From IMG/VR virus record IMGVR_UViG_3300034069_001016, positions 1-47,968 of that record: 47,968 nucleotides of DNA; one strand, 5' to 3'. This document shows positions 8,963 through 16,632 of the stretch, piece by piece; positions within the stretch are counted from its first letter, which is position 1; every line of letters begins with the position of its first letter. The position numbers and the translations under genes were made by a program. The notes beneath the pieces are model-generated. The model made no database searches and was not told where the DNA came from. It worked only from the letters and a program-made list of their open reading frames with translations. This DNA is from a virus.

Positions 8963-9415
8963 TTATCCAAGCATATCATCTAGTTGCGTCTCAGCGGGCT
9001 GCACCTCGACAGCTCGAGCGGATAGCTCGCGCTCTGCGTCGGAGAGGAAGCGCCGCAACTCTTCACTGCTCATATCAGCCGGATTATCCGCTGTTTTCGG
9101 GGCTTCCGTGGCCTTCGGAGCGACGTAGCCAGCCATCGCGGCCACCATGCCGGCGGCTTTGACGCGAACGTGACGCGGCACGCTGGCGTCGCGAACCGTG
9201 TCAGCGAGAAGTGAAATCGCCGAAAGCGCGTCTATCGCTAGTTGAGCGCGGACACGCTTATTCAGCGCCGCGCGAAACTGCGGCGTTGAAACATTACGAA
9301 ATATTTCACTCGTTGAGACATTTAAAATCGAGGAAATCTCGGAATGTGAGCGACCGCTCGCAAATGCGTCGACCAGCTCGTTAAGGCGCTCTGCGGGGAC
9401 GGGCTGTTTATCCAT
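8963..9415 (-). CDS. HTH DNA-binding protein, possibly small-terminase-like
   Basis: N-terminal HTH (GRSHSEISSILNVSTSEIFRN) followed by long helices and an acidic tail. This resembles TerS architecture, but the assignment is unverified. Confidence 0.55.
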   Translation of the reverse strand: MDKQPVPAERLNELVDAFASGRSHSEISSILNVSTSEIFRNVSTPQFRAALNKRVRAQLAIDALSAISLLADTVRDASVPRHVRVKAAGMVAAMAGYVAPKATEAPKTADNPADMSSEELRRFLSDAERELSARAVEVQPAETQLDDMLG

Positions 9416-9461
9416 GCCGGCAGAATGACCGCCGGCGCCTTAGAAGGGAAATCGTGACGAG

Positions 9462-9833
9462 CTATTTCGACTTATTGGCAGGCGCGCACGGCCATATGTC
9501 GGAGAATACGAAGGCGGCGAGATAGGTGAAGTCGTGGTGTAGCGCCTCGGGGCGCCGCTTTAATCCCACAACGGCCGTTCGCACCATCTGTTTGGCGGTG
9601 ACATCGCTGGGTACGCAAAACGCCCCGTCGACCAACATCGGGCCAAGCCTACGCAAGGCTTGTATCGTGCCGATGCACCTGCCCGCGTCGAAGTAGGCGC
9701 CAACATCAGATGACGAGCCCCCTTCCACCACAAACGAGCATAGCGGCAACATATCGTTTCCCGTGGTTTGAGCTAGGCCTATTGAAGGCATCAATAGCGC
9801 CAGCGAAGTGCCGACAATTGTAGTGGTCCTCAT
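9462..9833 (-). CDS. Secreted Rap1a/Tai4-like (T6SS amidase-immunity family) protein
   Basis: Start at ATG 9833, an ATGA overlap with the upstream stop. Signal peptide MRTTTIVGTSLALLMPSIGLAQ. Family-like pattern GNDMLPLC...GRCIGTIQAL...FCVPSDVTAKQMVRTAVVGLKRRPE...FSDIWPC. Confidence 0.6.
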   Translation of the reverse strand: MRTTTIVGTSLALLMPSIGLAQTTGNDMLPLCSFVVEGGSSSDVGAYFDAGRCIGTIQALRRLGPMLVDGAFCVPSDVTAKQMVRTAVVGLKRRPEALHHDFTYLAAFVFSDIWPCAPANKSK

Positions 9834-10117
9834 GTGGCGAGCTTCCTCCGGCGATGGCCGCCAGGCTTCAGCAGCCAAGATTCCGGAAGCTCCGCACCTT
9901 GGGCATTTGCCAGCACCCAGACGACCGCGCGTCGCGTAGAGCTGATCCCCCTGACCTTCCAGTCGGAATAATTCTGCGCACTAACGCCGGCCGCTCGTGC
10001 TGCCGCTGCGCTAGATCCCAGCTTCTCCGCTAAGAATTCTAGTACCTCCGCATCCTTCATGCCCGGGAAGATACCCTCCTTTGCCGTTCGAAAGAACGGG
10101 TCTTCCGAAATATTCAC
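9830..10117 (-). CDS. Cro/YdaS-like HTH regulator
   Basis: LGSSAAAARAAGVSAQNYSDWKVRG fits the YdaS/Cro HTH pattern. It faces a divergent plus-strand operon. The start (GTG 10117 or ATG 10060) is uncertain. Confidence 0.65.
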   Translation of the reverse strand: MNISEDPFFRTAKEGIFPGMKDAEVLEFLAEKLGSSAAAARAAGVSAQNYSDWKVRGISSTRRAVVWVLANAQGAELPESWLLKPGGHRRRKLAT

Positions 10118-10132
10118 AGGTCCGTGATACGC

Positions 10133-10168
10133 ACCGTAAGTATTTTGCTAGACACACATACTTACCGT
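10133..10168. promoter_or_regulatory. Operator-like inverted repeat in the divergent region between the cro-like gene and the plus-strand accessory operon
   Basis: ACCGTAAGTAT (10133-10143) and ATACTTACCGT (10158-10168) match as reverse complements at 10 of 11 positions, with a 14-bp spacer. The region is AT-rich relative to its flanks. Confidence 0.4.
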
Positions 10169-10212
10169 ACGTATATTGCCTTCATTCGCCCACCCCTAGC
10201 CAGGAGGCACCT

Positions 10213-10461
10213 ATGAACGGCGAATTGCGGCTCTACTTCATTGTTCCAGACCGCTACATCCACGCTCACACCCTTCGTGAATTGGTCTGCAAGCTCGGTG
10301 GCGGCTCTATCCAAAAGATATGGGCGGCTGTCGGGTGCCTGGACCTCGACCACATCGGATATCGGATCGGCGGTCGGGTCTGCCTGATGGTGAAGGCCCC
10401 TACGCCGCTCGAGCTGGCCAATGCCGAGCCCGTGTTGGCGGGGAACTCGCGCCATGCGTGA
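10213..10461 (+). CDS. Hypothetical protein (82 aa)
   Basis: AGGAGG lies 6 nt upstream of ATG 10213. It is the first gene of the rightward accessory operon. Confidence 0.65.
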   Translation: MNGELRLYFIVPDRYIHAHTLRELVCKLGGGSIQKIWAAVGCLDLDHIGYRIGGRVCLMVKAPTPLELANAEPVLAGNSRHA

Positions 10462-10603
10462 CACCGCCCGCCACAACTACCGAGTTTTCATCTACGGCCG
10501 AGATTACGGCCAGTCCCTCACCCGCCACCAAGCGATTGAGACGTCTGCCAGCTGGCGCCGCCTCTGGCCGAAAAGCCGCGCCTACTGCCGCCGCACAAAA
10601 TAA
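10454..10603 (+). CDS. Hypothetical small protein (49 aa)
   Basis: ATG 10454 overlaps the upstream stop (ATGCGTGA). Confidence 0.4.
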   Translation: MRDTARHNYRVFIYGRDYGQSLTRHQAIETSASWRRLWPKSRAYCRRTK

Positions 10604-10868
10604 ATCGTGACAGTCGCGATTTTCTTGTTGCGGTGTAACGCTTCTAAGAATATAAACCGTGACAGTGAGCGTAAGCGTAACGGGAGGCACCCAAATGCAA
10701 GCGTATTTCATCCAGCCGCGTGGTCTGCGCCATGCCCGTGGGCCGCCAAGTACAGGCCCGCCGATAAAGCCGACGCTTCGGTAAGCGACTCAAGGGTTCC
10801 TTACTCAAGCGCCAGCCGCTTGCCTCTCAGCGCCCGCTGATCAGGTTCTCCCGACAAGGTGAAGCTCG

Positions 10869-11048
10869 ATGGCTCGCCTCACACCCGGACAAGTGGCCTA
10901 CGAAGAGGATCTTCGTCGCTGTCCGCAATACCACGATGGCACTCCTCGCAAATCATGGGCGCAGCTCTGTGAAGTTGCGAAATGGAGCTGGGAACGAAAC
11001 CCGACTCCCCGCGATCACCGCTCCACCCTCGCCAAGGCGGATGGTTGA
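10869..11048 (+). CDS. Hypothetical small protein (59 aa)
   Basis: Translated by hand as MARLTPGQVAYEEDLRRCPQYHDG...; it is below the ORF-track length cut-off. The next gene follows 3 nt later. Confidence 0.45.
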   Translation: MARLTPGQVAYEEDLRRCPQYHDGTPRKSWAQLCEVAKWSWERNPTPRDHRSTLAKADG

Positions 11049-11051
11049 GCC

Positions 11052-11222
11052 ATGCGGTACCGCTGGAGCTCCCACAAGACCCGCGAACGCGCCGAGGCGT
11101 CTTTGGAAGATGACTTCGCGACAGGCGATGTGTCGCCGGGCGAGGCCCCCAAGATCGAGCCCATCAAAGACCACCGCGGCCGCGTGCTTCGCTACGACGT
11201 CACGTTGGAGGACTACACATGA
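11052..11222 (+). CDS. Hypothetical small protein (56 aa)
   Basis: Translated by hand as MRYRWSSHKTRERAEASLEDDF... Its stop forms an ATGA overlap with the next ORF. Confidence 0.5.
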   Translation: MRYRWSSHKTRERAEASLEDDFATGDVSPGEAPKIEPIKDHRGRVLRYDVTLEDYT

Positions 11223-11440
11223 CCGCCTTTCGGCCCTCTTGGCAGTATCTCAAAGGCTACCGTGATGGCGCGAAGTCCGGCCCCGGATACGATCACGTCA
11301 CGGTCGATGGTGTGGAGCGCCTACTTCGCGGCGAGTACCACCACGAAAGGCGTGATGATCACGGAGCGTACTGGCGCGGCTATTCCGCCGGTTTCATTGC
11401 CAAGATCATTGGAATCGATTTCAGCGGAGGGTGGGCATGA
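11219..11440 (+). CDS. Hypothetical protein (73 aa)
   Basis: ATGA overlaps at both ends. The composition looks protein-like. Confidence 0.6.
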   Translation: MTAFRPSWQYLKGYRDGAKSGPGYDHVTVDGVERLLRGEYHHERRDDHGAYWRGYSAGFIAKIIGIDFSGGWA

Positions 11441-11697
11441 CCGCCCTCACCTTCACATACGATCCCGCCAAGGATCGACACGCTGCCTTTCAACCCGACG
11501 GCACCCGCGTCGGGCACGTGCGCCGCTCCAGGATCAAAGACGAACGCTACGCCTTCGAAGCACGCATTCGTCGCCCGCTCACCGGCATCACCGATAGCGC
11601 CAGCTTCGGCCCCACACCCGAAATCGCGAAGTGGCTGCTTGTGCGCAGCCTCGACGACCACTGCGAACGATTCACTTACCTACCGAAGGAGTATTAG
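11437..11697 (+). CDS. Hypothetical protein (86 aa)
   Basis: GGAGGG lies 5 nt upstream of ATG 11437, which forms an ATGA overlap with the upstream stop. Confidence 0.65.
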   Translation: MTALTFTYDPAKDRHAAFQPDGTRVGHVRRSRIKDERYAFEARIRRPLTGITDSASFGPTPEIAKWLLVRSLDDHCERFTYLPKEY

Positions 11698-11699
11698 CC

Positions 11700-12065
11700 A
11701 TGCCCTACATCCCCTATTGCCACGCGCCAGTCATCTACACGGTGGCCACGCCCCAGGGCGAAATGCCTATCGGCTCGAGCCCGATCCGGCCGCGCAACGT
11801 CCCGCCCATGCTCGAGTACCTGCAGAGCCCGCGGGGCCTGCTGGTACTCAATCTCGCCCGCGTCGCCTATCGGCAGGCTCGCAGCCTTGGCGTGCCGCAT
11901 GTCGAAGCTTTGGAAGCTGCCGACGCCGAGCTCGCAGCCGTTTCGGGCGATCCCAACGACGGCCTGGCCGAATGGGTGGCCGCCGGTAACGACGTCCTCC
12001 GCCCCATCACCTCTCACCGCGTACCCGCAAACTATGATCAACCGACTAGCCGCAGTGCGGCGTAA
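11700..12065 (+). CDS. Hypothetical protein (121 aa)
   Basis: AAGGAG lies 8 nt upstream of ATG 11700. Confidence 0.65.
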   Translation: MPYIPYCHAPVIYTVATPQGEMPIGSSPIRPRNVPPMLEYLQSPRGLLVLNLARVAYRQARSLGVPHVEALEAADAELAAVSGDPNDGLAEWVAAGNDVLRPITSHRVPANYDQPTSRSAA

Positions 12066-12078
12066 GGAGTTCACGACC

Positions 12079-12765
12079 ATGTCGAAGAAGGCCGAGAAAA
12101 TCACCGCGTACAAGGGTTTCAACAAGGATCTGCAGTGCCGCGACTTCCAGTACGAAGTTGGCAAGACCTACGCCCACAAGGGTGACGTCGTGGCCTGCAG
12201 CAGTGGCTTTCACGCCTGCGAGCATCCGCTGAACGTGTTCAGTTACTACCCGCCAGCCGGCTCGCGCTTCGCCGAGGTGACGCTTTCCGGTACCACGAAT
12301 TGCGATGGCAGCGACACGAAAATCGCTGCCGCCAAAATCACCATCGATGTTGAATTGTCGATCGGCGACTTGGTGAAACGCGCTTGGGATTACGTCTGGT
12401 CACGCGCTACGCCCGAGGAGGGTTCATCGGCGACGGGCACGCGAGGCGCCGCATCGGCGACGGGCACGCGAGGCGCCGCATCGGCGACGGGCTGGCAAGG
12501 CGCCGCATCGGCGACGGGCGAGCAAGGCGCCGCATCGGCGACGGGCTGGCAAGGCGCCGCATCGGCGACGGGCACGCGAGGCGCCGCCATGGCCTGCGGC
12601 TATGAGGGCCGCGCGATGGGTGCCGAAGGCAACGCCCTGTTCCTGGTCGAGCGCGACGACAATTACAACATCCTCGCTGCCTGGGCCGGCATCGTCGGCA
12701 AAGACGGCATCAAGCCGAACACCTGGTACATCCTGCGTGACGGCAAGCCGGAGGAGATCACATGA
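12079..12765 (+). CDS. DUF7666-like protein with six SATGxxGAA nonapeptide repeats
   Basis: AAGGAG precedes ATG 12079. N-terminus ITAYKGFNKDLQCRDFQYEVGKTY...GFHACEHPLNVFSYY, a central (S-A-T-G-x-x-G-A-A)x6 block, and C-terminus FLVERDDNYNILAAWAGIVGKDGIKPNTWY. This pattern is a phage family recalled from memory. Confidence 0.8.
   Translation: MSKKAEKITAYKGFNKDLQCRDFQYEVGKTYAHKGDVVACSSGFHACEHPLNVFSYYPPAGSRFAEVTLSGTTNCDGSDTKIAAAKITIDVELSIGDLVKRAWDYVWSRATPEEGSSATGTRGAASATGTRGAASATGWQGAASATGEQGAASATGWQGAASATGTRGAAMACGYEGRAMGAEGNALFLVERDDNYNILAAWAGIVGKDGIKPNTWYILRDGKPEEIT
12427..12588 (+). repeat. Six in-frame tandem 27-bp repeats (TCGGCGACGGGCnnnnnAGGCGCCGCA)
   Basis: Read directly. Units start at 12427, 12454, 12481, 12508, 12535 and 12562. 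Only the 5-6 central bases vary between units. Confidence 0.9.
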
Positions 12766-13001
12766 TCCCTTCCACGAGGGCCAAGGAACTCGCCCGCCTC
12801 TACTCCGACCCGGATGGGCCGTTCACGCACCTCGACGCTCTGGCGCGTGATGGCTTCATCCGATCCGACGACCAGCGATCCGGCATCCTGCGCGAACTGA
12901 GAGGCCGTACGCTGGGTGCCACCAAACGGGAATGCTGCGAAATCCGTGCCTTGATCGATTTCGCCCTGGGCGCCCCGCTAACCTCAGCGAACGATCGATG
13001 A
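12762..13001 (+). CDS. Hypothetical protein (79 aa)
   Basis: ATGA overlap with the upstream gene. Confidence 0.6.
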   Translation: MIPSTRAKELARLYSDPDGPFTHLDALARDGFIRSDDQRSGILRELRGRTLGATKRECCEIRALIDFALGAPLTSANDR

Positions 13002-13147
13002 TCCCCGTCCTTCTCTGGTTCGCCATCCTGCTGCAGCTCCTAGCCGCTGTAGCAGGCTACGCACTGGGATCCTCCCTCGGCGCCGGTGTTGCCTACTGCT
13101 GTCTCGGCCTGGCCCTCCTACTCGCAGCTACGGCTCTACGCCAATGA
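12998..13147 (+). CDS. Small membrane protein (49 aa)
   Basis: ATGA overlap at 12998. The sequence is almost entirely hydrophobic: MIPVLLWFAILLQLLAAVAGYALG...GLALLLAATAL. Confidence 0.5.
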   Translation: MIPVLLWFAILLQLLAAVAGYALGSSLGAGVAYCCLGLALLLAATALRQ

Positions 13148-13227
13148 TCGCGCTCGCCCGCCTCGCCCTGAAGATCGCCCTGCTAAGTCTCCTCATCGGC
13201 CACCTGTTGGGCGTCCTGATTCGCTGA
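13144..13227 (+). CDS. Possible 27-aa hydrophobic peptide
   Basis: ATGA overlap at 13144; reads MIALARLALKIALLSLLIGHLLGVLIR. It conflicts with the minus-strand ORF 13183-13404, so at most one of the two is real. Confidence 0.25.
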   Translation: MIALARLALKIALLSLLIGHLLGVLIR

Positions 13228-13404
13228 TATGCGCCGATAGTCGCCCCGGGCGCTGTGCGGAAATAGCGCGTTCTTCATCAGCTGGATTCTCTCCCCGCCG
13301 CTCAGACCCTTCGTCCGTCGCCGCTTTTGTTTTCCTGGCGCAGCGGCCACGCGCTCGCCGGGCCGAGCGACGGCCGCGCTGGTCTTGGTGATTCTCTCGA
13401 GCAT
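13183..13404 (-). CDS. Possible small basic protein (73 aa)
   Basis: ORF starting at internal ATG 13404, downstream of the iteron region. No motif. It overlaps the convergent peptide ORF. Confidence 0.25.
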   Translation of the reverse strand: MLERITKTSAAVARPGERVAAAPGKQKRRRTKGLSGGERIQLMKNALFPHSARGDYRRISANQDAQQVADEET

Positions 13405-13428
13405 CGAATTTTCTGTCACGCTTTTCAC

Positions 13429-13651
13429 CTGTCTCAATTTGGGGATGGAACCCCCGGCAGGGGTTGTCTCAAAAAGACGACCCCCTAAAGGGGGTTGAGA
13501 CACCCACAAATTCTCCCTAACTCATTGACGCAATTGACTAAAACCTTGTCTCAACCCTCTCGAAAGTTGTCTCAACCTGTCAGACAGACGCTAACCCATT
13601 GATTCTAAACGCTGTCGCAGGTTTTGAGACAACTTGAGACAGGTGAGACAA
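13429..13651. repeat. Iteron array (TTGTCTCAA / TTGAGACAA), putative replication origin
   Basis: Forward copies at 13464-13472, 13546-13554 and 13567-13575, with a near copy at 13429-13437. Reverse copies at 13495-13502, 13624-13632 and 13634-13641, with a near copy at 13643-13651. The region is non-coding and lies directly downstream of the primase-helicase gene. Confidence 0.7.
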
Positions 13652-13667
13652 CTCAAAACCGTTACGC

Positions 13668-15638
13668 TCATTGCGCCATGTCTTCTATATCAAAATCCGT
13701 TACAAAGTCCGACAAGGGGACAATCCGCGCCGGCCCCGGTCCCTCTCTCCCTTCTTTTCTCTCGTACTGCCAAGCCTCCGAATTGACCCGACCGAGCATC
13801 GTGTAGAGACCCGTCCGGGACCGACCGGCGAACTCAGGGTGCTCCTGAAGTCCGCGCACGACGTCGGCCATCAAGCGGGGGCGACCGTCGCAGATTTCCA
13901 ACACCGCCTTGTCCAACACGTCCATGTCGTCCTCCTCGGAAATCTCAGTCAGGGTGACGGGCACCAACACGCCTACCGATTCTGTCCCGCCGTCTGTCGT
14001 CTCGAGGTCGACGCTTTCGCGCCTGTACCAGCGTGGGTGGCCGCCGCTCGGGGCCGACAGCGTCGTCTTGGCGTCATCCAGCCGCACGTAAAGGGAACGC
14101 TGAGCCTCTGGCACGCCGCAGCGCTTGGCGTCCTTCTGGCTCATGCCGTAGAGCGTCTGGACGACACGGGCGACGCCAGAGACCGACGAAGCGCCGCGAG
14201 CGCTGTCCATGTTGCCGGCATGGCCGTCGCTGTTCCCCGTGGGCAGCTTGCGGGTGTGGTGGACGAGTATCACGGCCACGTTGGCGCGCTGGGCTATGCC
14301 ACGGAACAGGGCAGCGACGGCCCGCATCTCGACGTTGTCGTTTTCGTCTCCCTCGTGTGTCTCGCTGAAGGGGTCGACGATGAGGAGGCCTATTCCCTTC
14401 TCCGTTACGTGCCGCTCTATCTCTGCGATGTCCTGCGTCTTGAACAGTTTTCGGTCTGCCCCGTGGCCGCGTTTCCGCGCCACCATGATCGGGCGCTGCT
14501 CGCCTGAATTGAGGTATAACCGGTCGCCCAATGCTTCGAGGTCGACGTCGAAAGCCTGTGCCTGCGCTGCCAGCCTGCGGTGCAGTTCCTCGAGGTCGTC
14601 TTCGTTATTGTAGAGCCAGGCGCCGGTTTGCTCGTGAGGCTCCATGCCGATCAGGTCTCTCCCTGACGCGACGCTGAGAGCGGCACCGATCGTGAGCGTC
14701 GATTTGCCCGCCCCTGGAGGCGCGATCAGAAGTGTCAGCTTGCCGCGGATGGCCATTTTGCCGAGGAGCCATTTGCGCTTTGCCAGCGCCTTGGCCTTTA
14801 CGTCTCTCGTACCGCGCGGTTCTATGCCCGTCGGTGGCGGCGTGAAGACGTCGAATTCCGCAGTCGGATCGTCGGCGCCTTGCGGTTTGCTGCGGTACTT
14901 CGCAGCGTTGTCGATCTTTCTTTCGAGTTCTTCCGGTTGCCACGGCGGTTGGCACCGTTCGTTCCATCCGTGCATCAGCTCTGTCGCCTGCGGCACGCTG
15001 ATGCCGAAATCCAGCACAGCCGCTATGGTCTTGAAGGTGTGATTGTCGCCGCCGGCGCCCTGGATCGCCGGTTCGGCCGTCTCCAGATAAGCCTTTGCGC
15101 GCTCCACGTTCTGCTTCGTGTCGAGCTCGGCGCCCAGGACTTCCTTTCCCGCTTCCGTGTCGCGCGGTGCTTCGCACAGCGCCTCGAGCCATTCCGGCGC
15201 ATCAGCGATCGGGGCGTCTGTCTCGACTGTGTAATCGCCGTCTGGGCGCCTTGCGCCCGCCGCCACCACAAAGCCCCGGTACGCCTTGACGTCGATGCCC
15301 GGCGCCAGCTTGTCATGCGAGTTGGCTAATTCCTTCGAGGCCTTGAAATAGATGTGCTTTCCGCCGCCTGGCGTGCGCACTGTGTAGGTCCGCGGCAGAT
15401 CCTGCTGCGCCATTTCCAGGAGCTGCAGGCCCTCCTCACCTGCTCTGCGCGTATCGATATCGAGGACGATCAGCCCGTCGGTCGATACGGCGAGGTTGCC
15501 ACCCTTCTCCCGGTGGCTGGTCAGCCTCTCGTCTATCGGCCGGGCTTCGTTCGGGAAGTCCTTCCACATGGGGCGGCCCGACTTGTGGTCTTCGTCGGGC
15601 CGGGTGAGCGGGAAAAGGCGCAGTTGATTTGGGTGCAT
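13668..15638 (-). CDS. Bifunctional primase-polymerase (prim-pol) fused to a RepA/AAA_25-type helicase
   Basis: Prim-pol motifs LIVLDIDTR and TPGGGKHIYF. Walker A LLIAPPGAGKST and Walker B LLIVDPFSE. Start taken at ATG 15638, because the upstream extension overlaps another gene. Confidence 0.85.
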   Translation of the reverse strand: MHPNQLRLFPLTRPDEDHKSGRPMWKDFPNEARPIDERLTSHREKGGNLAVSTDGLIVLDIDTRRAGEEGLQLLEMAQQDLPRTYTVRTPGGGKHIYFKASKELANSHDKLAPGIDVKAYRGFVVAAGARRPDGDYTVETDAPIADAPEWLEALCEAPRDTEAGKEVLGAELDTKQNVERAKAYLETAEPAIQGAGGDNHTFKTIAAVLDFGISVPQATELMHGWNERCQPPWQPEELERKIDNAAKYRSKPQGADDPTAEFDVFTPPPTGIEPRGTRDVKAKALAKRKWLLGKMAIRGKLTLLIAPPGAGKSTLTIGAALSVASGRDLIGMEPHEQTGAWLYNNEDDLEELHRRLAAQAQAFDVDLEALGDRLYLNSGEQRPIMVARKRGHGADRKLFKTQDIAEIERHVTEKGIGLLIVDPFSETHEGDENDNVEMRAVAALFRGIAQRANVAVILVHHTRKLPTGNSDGHAGNMDSARGASSVSGVARVVQTLYGMSQKDAKRCGVPEAQRSLYVRLDDAKTTLSAPSGGHPRWYRRESVDLETTDGGTESVGVLVPVTLTEISEEDDMDVLDKAVLEICDGRPRLMADVVRGLQEHPEFAGRSRTGLYTMLGRVNSEAWQYERKEGREGPGPARIVPLSDFVTDFDIEDMAQ

Positions 15639-15688
15639 GCCGCGGGAAGGGTAAGCCTCTCGTTTCAGGGGTGTCGAATTTTGGGTGC

Positions 15689-15901
15689 CTACTGCATGGT
15701 CGGGGGCGTGGCGAAGCCCAGCTTCTCCAGGATAGGTGCGACCAGGGCATTCATGCGATGGCGCGCAATCTGATAGGTGCGCGAGTCGTTCTGCGGGCAC
15801 TCCGCTTTTACCGTATCGTGCTCCATGGCATCTCGCATCGAGACGCCGCAGCCCATGCAGAAGTCACTCAGCGGGTCGAACTGGTGACTGCAGTCGGTCA
15901 T
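15689..15901 (-). CDS. Small Cys-rich protein (70 aa)
   Basis: ATG 15901 forms an ATGA overlap with the upstream small ORF. Reads MTDCSHQFDPLSDFCMGCG.... Confidence 0.5.
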   Translation of the reverse strand: MTDCSHQFDPLSDFCMGCGVSMRDAMEHDTVKAECPQNDSRTYQIARHRMNALVAPILEKLGFATPPTMQ

Positions 15902-16074
15902 TGCCGCTTCACACAATCGAAGCCGGATATGGTCTTGGCATAGACGCCGCCGGAGCGCTCACATGCACTGGCCCGAGCGCCAAGCCGGAGGTGATCGAAG
16001 ATGGCGCCGGCAATCAGGATCGCGAGCGCGGCGGCCATCGTGCAGGTGAAGGCGAAGAGCTGCCTACGGGTCAT
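15898..16074 (-). CDS. Small membrane protein (58 aa)
   Basis: Translated by hand as MTRRQLFAFTCTMAAALAILIAGAIF.... It is wedged between the HU-like stop and the next ATGA-coupled gene. Confidence 0.45.
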   Translation of the reverse strand: MTRRQLFAFTCTMAAALAILIAGAIFDHLRLGARASACERSGGVYAKTISGFDCVKRQ

Positions 16075-16075
16075 G

Positions 16076-16399
16076 TCACTTCACCATCTGGCTGAGCACA
16101 GTTTCCCGGTAGTCCTTTCCGCCCTTCGCTGCCGCCTTTAGGTACAGCCCAGCCTTGAACAGAACCCGCTTCGTTCTGTAGGGCTTTCCGGCCAATTCGC
16201 CGGCCATCTTGTTGAAGGGAATCCTGCCGTTGCGAGTGACTACCGAGAATGTCCCCATGCCTTGGATAGAGATCGGCTCGCCGCGACGCATGGCGTCGAC
16301 CAGCACGACGGTGAAGGCGTCTATTGCGTTCTCGCAGTCTGGCATTGAGTGATTGGGCAGCAACTGCCGCATGCCCCTGGCCACAGCTTTTTTGTTCAA
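16076..16399 (-). CDS. HU/IHF-family DNA-binding protein
   Basis: AAGGAG lies 7 nt upstream of TTG 16399. NKKAVARG...AIDAFTVVLVDAMRRGEPISIQGMGTFSVVTR...RVLFKAG matches the Bac_DNA_binding layout. Confidence 0.7.
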   Translation of the reverse strand: MNKKAVARGMRQLLPNHSMPDCENAIDAFTVVLVDAMRRGEPISIQGMGTFSVVTRNGRIPFNKMAGELAGKPYRTKRVLFKAGLYLKAAAKGGKDYRETVLSQMVK

Positions 16400-16632
16400 G
16401 ATTGATCTCCTTTCGAGGCAGCGAGCAATGCGTGCAACTTTGACCAGACCGCAGCGGCGCCAGCGCGGTAGCCGCGGTCCCAAGGGTGGTTTGAATCGGG
16501 CGCCTTCATGCTTTCGTCGAGAGCGAGCTGCACCGCTTTCTCAAGCGCGTCGGCGGCGTCGCGCATTGCATCCATCATGTCGGCAGGACCGACGGGAAAA
16601 TTTCGAAGTCGCTCGACCAGGGGCAGCGTCAT
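16396..16632 (-). CDS. Hypothetical protein (78 aa)
   Basis: ATGA overlap at 16632 and TTGA overlap with the HU-like start. Confidence 0.55.
   Translation of the reverse strand: MTLPLVERLRNFPVGPADMMDAMRDAADALEKAVQLALDESMKAPDSNHPWDRGYRAGAAAVWSKLHALLAASKGDQS

Noticed and set aside
10695-10784. 29-codon ORF with GGGAGG 7 nt upstream, in the 10604-10868 gap
   Set aside because: It is very short with a Pro/Gly/Arg-rich product. The gap is dense in the recurrent CGTKACA motif, so it is more likely regulatory.
12384-12605. Repetitive 'proteins' (RRRIGDG... and PVADAAP...) in the other frames across the 27-bp repeats. The repeat block could also look superficially like a CRISPR-type array.
   Set aside because: They are frame artefacts of the tandem repeat. 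The units are contiguous with no spacers and sit in frame inside a well-supported gene, so this is not a CRISPR array.
13086-13391. 101-aa plus-strand ORF at the end of the accessory operon
   Set aside because: It is Arg/Pro/Ser-rich with no coupling or SD, and it conflicts with better-supported small hydrophobic ORFs.
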